A DNA stretch of 54,417 bases from contig NW_024705323.1 of NCBI RefSeq assembly GCF_018977255.1, positions 1 to 54,417 of the forward strand, given 5' to 3'. A program made the translations under genes and the position numbers. This stretch comes from Callorhinchus milii (Eukaryota). Positions 48,635 through 54,417 of this stretch are shown here, one piece after another. The notes under the pieces were generated by a model. It was given only the letters and a program-made list of their open reading frames with translations, ran no database searches and was not told the origin of the DNA. Within the stretch, counting starts at the first letter, position 1; the number at the start of each line of letters is the position of its first letter.

Positions 48635-49391
48635 CACCCACACACAGAGAGAGAGACAGAGAGAGGAAGGGAGAGAGAGGGACAGAGAGAGAGAGAGAGA
48701 GAGAGGGACAGAGAGAGAGAGAGACAGAGCGAGGGAGGGAGGGAGAGAGAGAGAGACAGAGAGAGAGGGACAGAGAGAGAGAGGGACAGAGAGAGAGAGA
48801 GGGGGAGACAGAGAGAGAGAGAGAGAGAGACAGGGAGAGAGACAGAGGGACAGAGAGGGAGACAGAGAGACAGACAGAGAGAGAGAGAGAAAGGGACAGA
48901 GAGAGAGACAGAGAGAGGGTGTGAGAGAGTGAGAGCGACTGAGAGTGTGAGAGCGACTGAGTGTGTGAGAGCGACGGAGTGTGAGAGCGACTGAGACAGT
49001 GTGTGAGAGCGACTAAGAGAGAGAGCGACTGAGAGTGTGAGAGGACTGAGTGTGTGAGCGACTGAGAGTGAGAGCGACTGAGTATGAGAGCGACGGAGAG
49101 AGTGTGAGAGCGACGGAGAGAGAGTGTGAGAGCGACGGAGAGAGTGTGAGAGCGACTGAGTGTGAGAGCAACGGAGAGAGAGAGCGACGGAGTGTGAGCG
49201 ACGGAGAGAGTGACAGAGTGAGAGCGACTGAGTGTGAGAGCGACTGAGAGTGAGAGCGACAGTGTGAGAGTGACTGAGAGAGACAGAGTGTGTGAGAGCG
49301 ACTGAGAGAGAGAGAGTGTGAGAGCGACTGAGTGAGAGAGAGAGAGAGAGAGAGTGTGAGAGCGACTGAGTGAGAGAGAGAGAGTGTGAGA

Positions 49392-49568
49392 GCCGAAAAG
49401 ACCGTCGTGTTGTGACGGCCACTCAGCGCTGCGCTGACCAGCGATCTGCCGCTCCTCGTCCTCCTGCGAACACTGCAGCTCCGAGTCTGACTGACCAGGT
49501 CTTCCATCTGCGCCGGAAAGCGGAGGCGTCACATCGAACGAGTCCCCCCCCCCCCCCCCCTTAATCCC
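49392..49568. repeat. IGS island, copy 2
   Basis: As copy 1, with one visible substitution (GCGAACAC vs GCGGACAC). Confidence 0.92.
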
Positions 49569-51387
49569 TCTCTCACACCCACACCCACACACAGAGAGAG
49601 AGAGAGAGGGGGACAGAGAGAGAGGGACAGAGAGAGAGACAGAGAGACACCCACACACAGAGAGAGAGGGAGAGACAGAGAGAGAGGGACAGAGAGAGAG
49701 AGACAGAGAGAGAGAGACAGAGAGAGAGAGAGGGACAGAGAGAGAGGGACAGAGAGAGAGAGAGAGGGACAGAGAGAGAGGGACAGAGAGAGAGAGGGAG
49801 GGACAGAGAGAGAGAGAGAGAGGGACAGAGAGAGAGGGACAGAGAGAGAGGGACAGAGAGAGAGAGACAGAGAGGGAGACAGAGAGACAGACAGAGAGAG
49901 AGAGGGAGAGAGAGAGAGGGACAGAGAGAGAGACAGAGAGAGAGAGAGACAGAGAGAGTGTGTGAGAGCGACTGAGAGTGTGAGAGCGACTGAGAGTGTG
50001 AGAGCGACAGAGTGTGAGAGCGACTGAGAGAGTGTGAGAGCGACTGAGAGTGAGAGCGACGGAGAGTGTGAGAGCAACGGAGAGAGTGTGTGAGAGCGAC
50101 GGAGAGTGTGAGAGCGACTGAGTGTGTGAGAGCGACTGAGAGACAGAGAGTGAGAGCGACTGAGAGAGTGTGAGAGCGACTGAGAGTGAGAGCGACGGAG
50201 TGTGAGAGCGACTGAGACAGTGTGTGAGAGCGACTAAGAGAGAGAGACTGAGAGTGTGAGAGAAAGAGAGCGACTGAGTGTGAGAGACTGAGAGTGTGTG
50301 AGAGCGACTGAGAGTGTGAGAGCGACGGAGAGTGTGAGAGCGACTGAGTGTGTGAGAGCGACTGAGAGTGAGAGCGACTGAGAGAGAGTGTGAGAGCGAC
50401 TGAGAGAGAGTGTGAGAGCGACTGAGAGTGTGAGAGCGACGGAGAGTGTGAGAGCGACTGAGTGTGTGAGAGCGACTGGGAGACAGTGTGTGAGAGCGAC
50501 TAAGAGAGAGAAAGAGAGAGCGACTGAGTGTGAGAGACTGAGAGTGTGTGAGAGCGCCTGAGTGTGAGAGCGACTGAGAGTGTGAGAGAAAGAGAGCGAC
50601 TGAGAGTGTGAGACTGAGAGTGTGTGAGAGCGACAGAGACAGTGTGAGAGTGTGAGAGCGACTGAGTGTGAGAGCGACTGAGAGAGAGTGTGAGAGCGAC
50701 TGAGAGTGAGAGCGACGGAGTGTGAGAGCGACTGAGAGTGTGTGAGAGCGACTGAGAGTGTGAGAGCGACTGAGAGTGTGAGAGCGACTGAGAGAGTGTG
50801 TGAGAGCGACTGGGAGACAGTGTGTGAGAGCGACTAAGAGAGAGTGACAGACTGAGAGAGTGTGAGAAAGAGAGAGCGACTGAGAGTGTGAGAGACTGAG
50901 AGTGTGTGAGCGACTGAGAGAGAGTGTGAGAGCGACTGAGTGTGTGAGAGCGACTGAGAGTGTGAGAGCGACGGAGAGAGAGTGTGAGAGCGACTGAGTG
51001 TGTGAGAGCGACTGAAAGTGTGAGAGCGACTGAGAGTGTGAGAGCGACGGAGTGTGAGAGCGACTGAGAGTGTGTGAGAGCGACTGAGAGTGTGAGAGCG
51101 ACTGAGAGTGTGAGAGCGACTGAGAGTGTGTGAGAGCGACGGAGAGAGAGTGTGAGAGCGACGGAGAGAGTGTGAGAGCGACTGAGTGTGAGAGCAACGG
51201 AGAGAGAGAGCGACGGAGTGTGAGCGACGGAGAGAGTGACAGAGTGAGAGCGACTGAGTGTGAGAGCGACTGAGAGTGAGAGCGACAGTGTGAGAGTGAC
51301 TGAGAGAGAGAGAGAGAGAGTGTGAGAGCGACTGAGTGAGAGAGAGAGTGTGAGAGCGACTGAGTGAGAGAGAGAGAGAGTGTGAGA

Positions 51388-51563
51388 GCCGAAAAGACCG
51401 TCGTGTTGTGACGGCCACTCAGCGCTGCGCTGACCAGCGATCTGCCGCTCCTCGTCCTCCTGCGGACACTGCAGCTCCGAGTCTGACTGACCAGGTCTTC
51501 CATCTGCGCCGGAAAGCGGAGGCGTCACATCGAACGAGTCCCCCCCCCCCCCCCCTTAATCCC
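51388..51563. repeat. IGS island, copy 3
   Basis: As copy 1. Confidence 0.92.
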
Positions 51564-54417
51564 TCTCTCACACCCACACCCACACACAGAGAGAGAGAGA
51601 GAGAGGGACAGAGAGAGAGGGACAGAGAGAGAGAGACAGAGAGAGAGAGGGACAGAGAGGGAGACAGAGAGACAGACAGAGAGACACCCACACACAGAGA
51701 GAGAGGGAGAGAGAGACAGAGAGAGAGGGACAGAGAGAGAGAGACAGAGAGAGAGAGACAGAGAGAGAGAGAGGGACAGAGAGAGAGGGACAGAGAGAGA
51801 GAGAGAGGGACAGAGAGAGAGGGACAGAGAGAGAGAGGGAGGGACAGAGAGAGAGAGAGAGAGGGACAGAGAGAGAGGGACAGAGAGAGAGAGACAGAGA
51901 GAGAGGGACAGAGAGAGAGAGACAGAGAGAGAGGCACAGAGAGAGGGACAGAGAGGGAGACAGAGAGACAGACAGAGAGAGAGGGAGAGAGAGAGAGGGA
52001 CAGAGAGAGAGAGACAGAGAGAGAGACAGAGAGAGAGAGAGACAGAGAGAGGGTGTGAGAGAGAGAGTGTGTGAGAGCGACTGAGAGTGTGAGAGTGTGA
52101 GAGCGACTGAGAGTGTGAGAGCGACAGAGTGTGAGAGCGACTGAGAGAGTGTGAGAGCGACTGAGAGTGAGAGCGACGGAGAGTGTGAGAGCGACGGAGA
52201 GAGTGTGTGAGAGCGACGGAGAGTGTGAGAGCGACTGAGTGTGTGAGAGCGACTGAGAGACAGAGAGTGAGAGCGACTGAGAGAGTGTGAGAGCGACTGA
52301 GAGAGAGTGTGAGAGCGACTGAGAGTGTGAGAGCGACTGAGTGTGTGAGAGCGACTGAGAGTGTGAGAGCGACTGAGAGTGTGAGAACGACGGAGAGAGT
52401 GTGAGAGCGACTGAGTGTGTGAGAGCGACTGAGAGAGAGAGTGAGAGCGACTGAGAGAGTGTGAGAGCGACTGAGAGAGTGTGATAGCGACTGAGAGAGA
52501 GTGTGAGAGCGACTGGGAGAGAGAGAGAGAGTGTGAGAGCGACTGAGAGACAGTGTGTGAGAGCGACTAAGAGAGAGAGAGTGAGAGAGACTGAGAGAGT
52601 GTGAGAGAAAGAGAGCGACTGAGAGTGTGAGAGACTGAGTGTGTGAGAGCGACTGAGAGAGTGTGAGAGCGACTGGGAGAGAGAGAGAGTGTGAGAGCGA
52701 CTGAGAGAGAGTGTGAGAGCGACTGGGAGAGAGAGAGAGTGTGAGAGCGACTGAGAGACAGTGTGTGAGAGCGACTAAGAGAGAGAGAGAGACTGAGAGA
52801 GTGTGAGAGAAAGAGAGAGCGACTGAGAGTGTGAGAGACTGAGAGCGTGAGAGCGACTGAGACAGTGTGAGAGTGTGAGAGCGACTGAGAGTGTGAGAGC
52901 GACTGAGAGACAGAGAGAGTGAGAGCGACTGAGAGAGAGTGTGAGAGCGACGGAGAGAGAGTGTGAGAGCGACGGAGAGAGAGTGTGAGAGCGACGGAGA
53001 GTGTGAGAGCGACGGAGAGAGTGTGAGAGCGACTGAGAGAGTGTGTGAGAGCGACTGAGTGTGAGAGCGACTGAGAGAGTGTGTGAGAGCGACTGAGAGT
53101 GTGAGAGCGACTGAGACAGTGTGAGAGAGAGTGTGAGAGCGACTGAGAGACAGAGAGAGAGCGACTGAGAGAGAGTGTGAGAGCGACTGAGAGTGTGAGA
53201 GCGACTAAGAGTGTGAGAGCGACTGAGAGAGACAGAGAGAGTGTGACTGAGAGTGAGAGCGACTGAGTATGAGAGCGACTGAGAGTGTGAGAGCGACTGA
53301 GAGACAGTGTGTGAGAGCGACTGAGAGAGTGAGAGAGACTGAGAGAGAGTGTGAAAGAGAGAGCGACTGAGAGTGTGAGAGACTGAGAGTGTGAAAGCGA
53401 CTGAGAGACAGTGTGAGAGTGTGAGAGCGACTGAGTGTGTGAGAGCGACTGCGAGACAGAGAGTGAGAGCGACTGAGAGTGTGAGAGCGACTGAGAGTGT
53501 GTGAGAGCGACTGAGAGAGTGAGAGCGACGGAGAGAGTGTGAGAGCGACTGAGAGAGAGTGTGAGAGCGACTGAGAGACAGTGTGTGAGAGCGACTAAGA
53601 GAGAGAGAGAGTGAGAGAGACTGAGAGAGTGTGAGAGAAAGAGAGAGCGACTGAGAGTGTGTGAGAGCGACTGAGAGACAGTGTGAGAGAGAGTGTGAGA
53701 GCGACTGAGTGTGTGAGAGCGACTGAGATACAGAGAGTGAGAGCGACTGAGAGAGAGTGTGAGAGCGACTGAGAGTGTGAGAGCGACGGAGTGTGAGAGC
53801 GACTGAGAGTGTGTGAGAGCGACTGGGAGACAGTGTGTGAGAGCGACTAAGAGAGAGAGAGAGACTGAGAGAGAGAGTGTGAGAGAAAGAGAGAGCGACT
53901 GAGAGTGTGAGAGACTGAGAGTGTGTGAGAGCGACAGAGACAGTGTGAGAGTGTGAGAGCGACTGAGTGTGTGAGAGCGACTGAGAGTGTGAGAGCGACT
54001 GAGTGTGTAAGAGCGACAGAGAGTGTGAGAGCGACTGAGAGTGTGAGAACGACGGAGAGAGTGTGAGAGCGACTGAGTGTGTGAGAGCGACTGAGAGAGA
54101 GAGTGAGAGCGACTGAGAGAGTGTGAGAGCGACTGAGAGAGTGTGATAGCGACTGAGAGTGTGAGAGCGACTGGGAGAGAGAGAGAGAGTGTGAGAGCGA
54201 CTGAGAGACAGTGTGTGAGAGCGACTAAGAGAGAGAGAGAGTGAGAGAGACAGAGAGAGTGTGAGAGAAAGAGAGAGCGACTGAGAGTGTGAGAGACTGA
54301 GAGTGTGTGAGAGCGACTGAGAGACAGTGTGAGAGAGTGTGAGAGCGACTGAGTGTGAAGAGAGTGTGAGAGCGACTGAAGATGTACAGAGGTGTGTGAG
54401 AGCGACTAGATGAGAGA

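Larger units (their letters stand above)
45695..54417. repeat. IGS-like GA-rich satellite: (GTGTGAGAGCGACTGAGA)-type blocks alternating with (GA)n/GGGACA blocks
   Basis: Read directly; higher-order ~2-kb subrepeats; lies upstream of the rDNA unit. Confidence 0.9.

Noticed and set aside
45538..52058. SLSHS / RERE ORFs and a CRISPR-like repeat-spacer appearance
   Set aside because: GA satellite translations; eukaryotic context, no unique spacers and no cas genes

Overview
Vertebrate genomic DNA, most likely a cartilaginous fish, judged from the tRNA/Deu-type SINEs with (ATT)n tails, L2 and CR1 LINEs and the UVSSA protein. No intact gene is present. From left to right: (1) a 262-bp element (1-262) that recurs almost identically at 45430-45691, just upstream of an rDNA 5' ETS; (2) a ~5.3-kb (CCCAG)-type G4-forming array running into a broken NKX1 homeobox (frameshift, stop, truncation); (3) a minus-strand, intron-containing UVSSA pseudogene (14077-36029) lacking its N-terminal exons and apparently four internal exons, with an L2 LINE inserted in a coding exon; (4) a (TGAGGG)-like array, a CpG-island promoter with a candidate first exon, and several simple-repeat blocks; (5) a collapsed minus-strand rDNA unit (5' ETS, 18S with a small deletion, direct fusion to 28S with ITS1/5.8S/ITS2 lost, 3'-truncated 28S) carrying a 5'-truncated, internally deleted R2 retrotransposon at the canonical R2 site; (6) an IGS-like GA-rich satellite with three copies of a ~175-bp CpG-rich island. 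Best reading: the syntenic NKX1-1/UVSSA block was duplicated as genomic DNA and captured between two degenerate rDNA units about 45.4 kb apart. Most long ORFs in the supplied track are simple-repeat artefacts.
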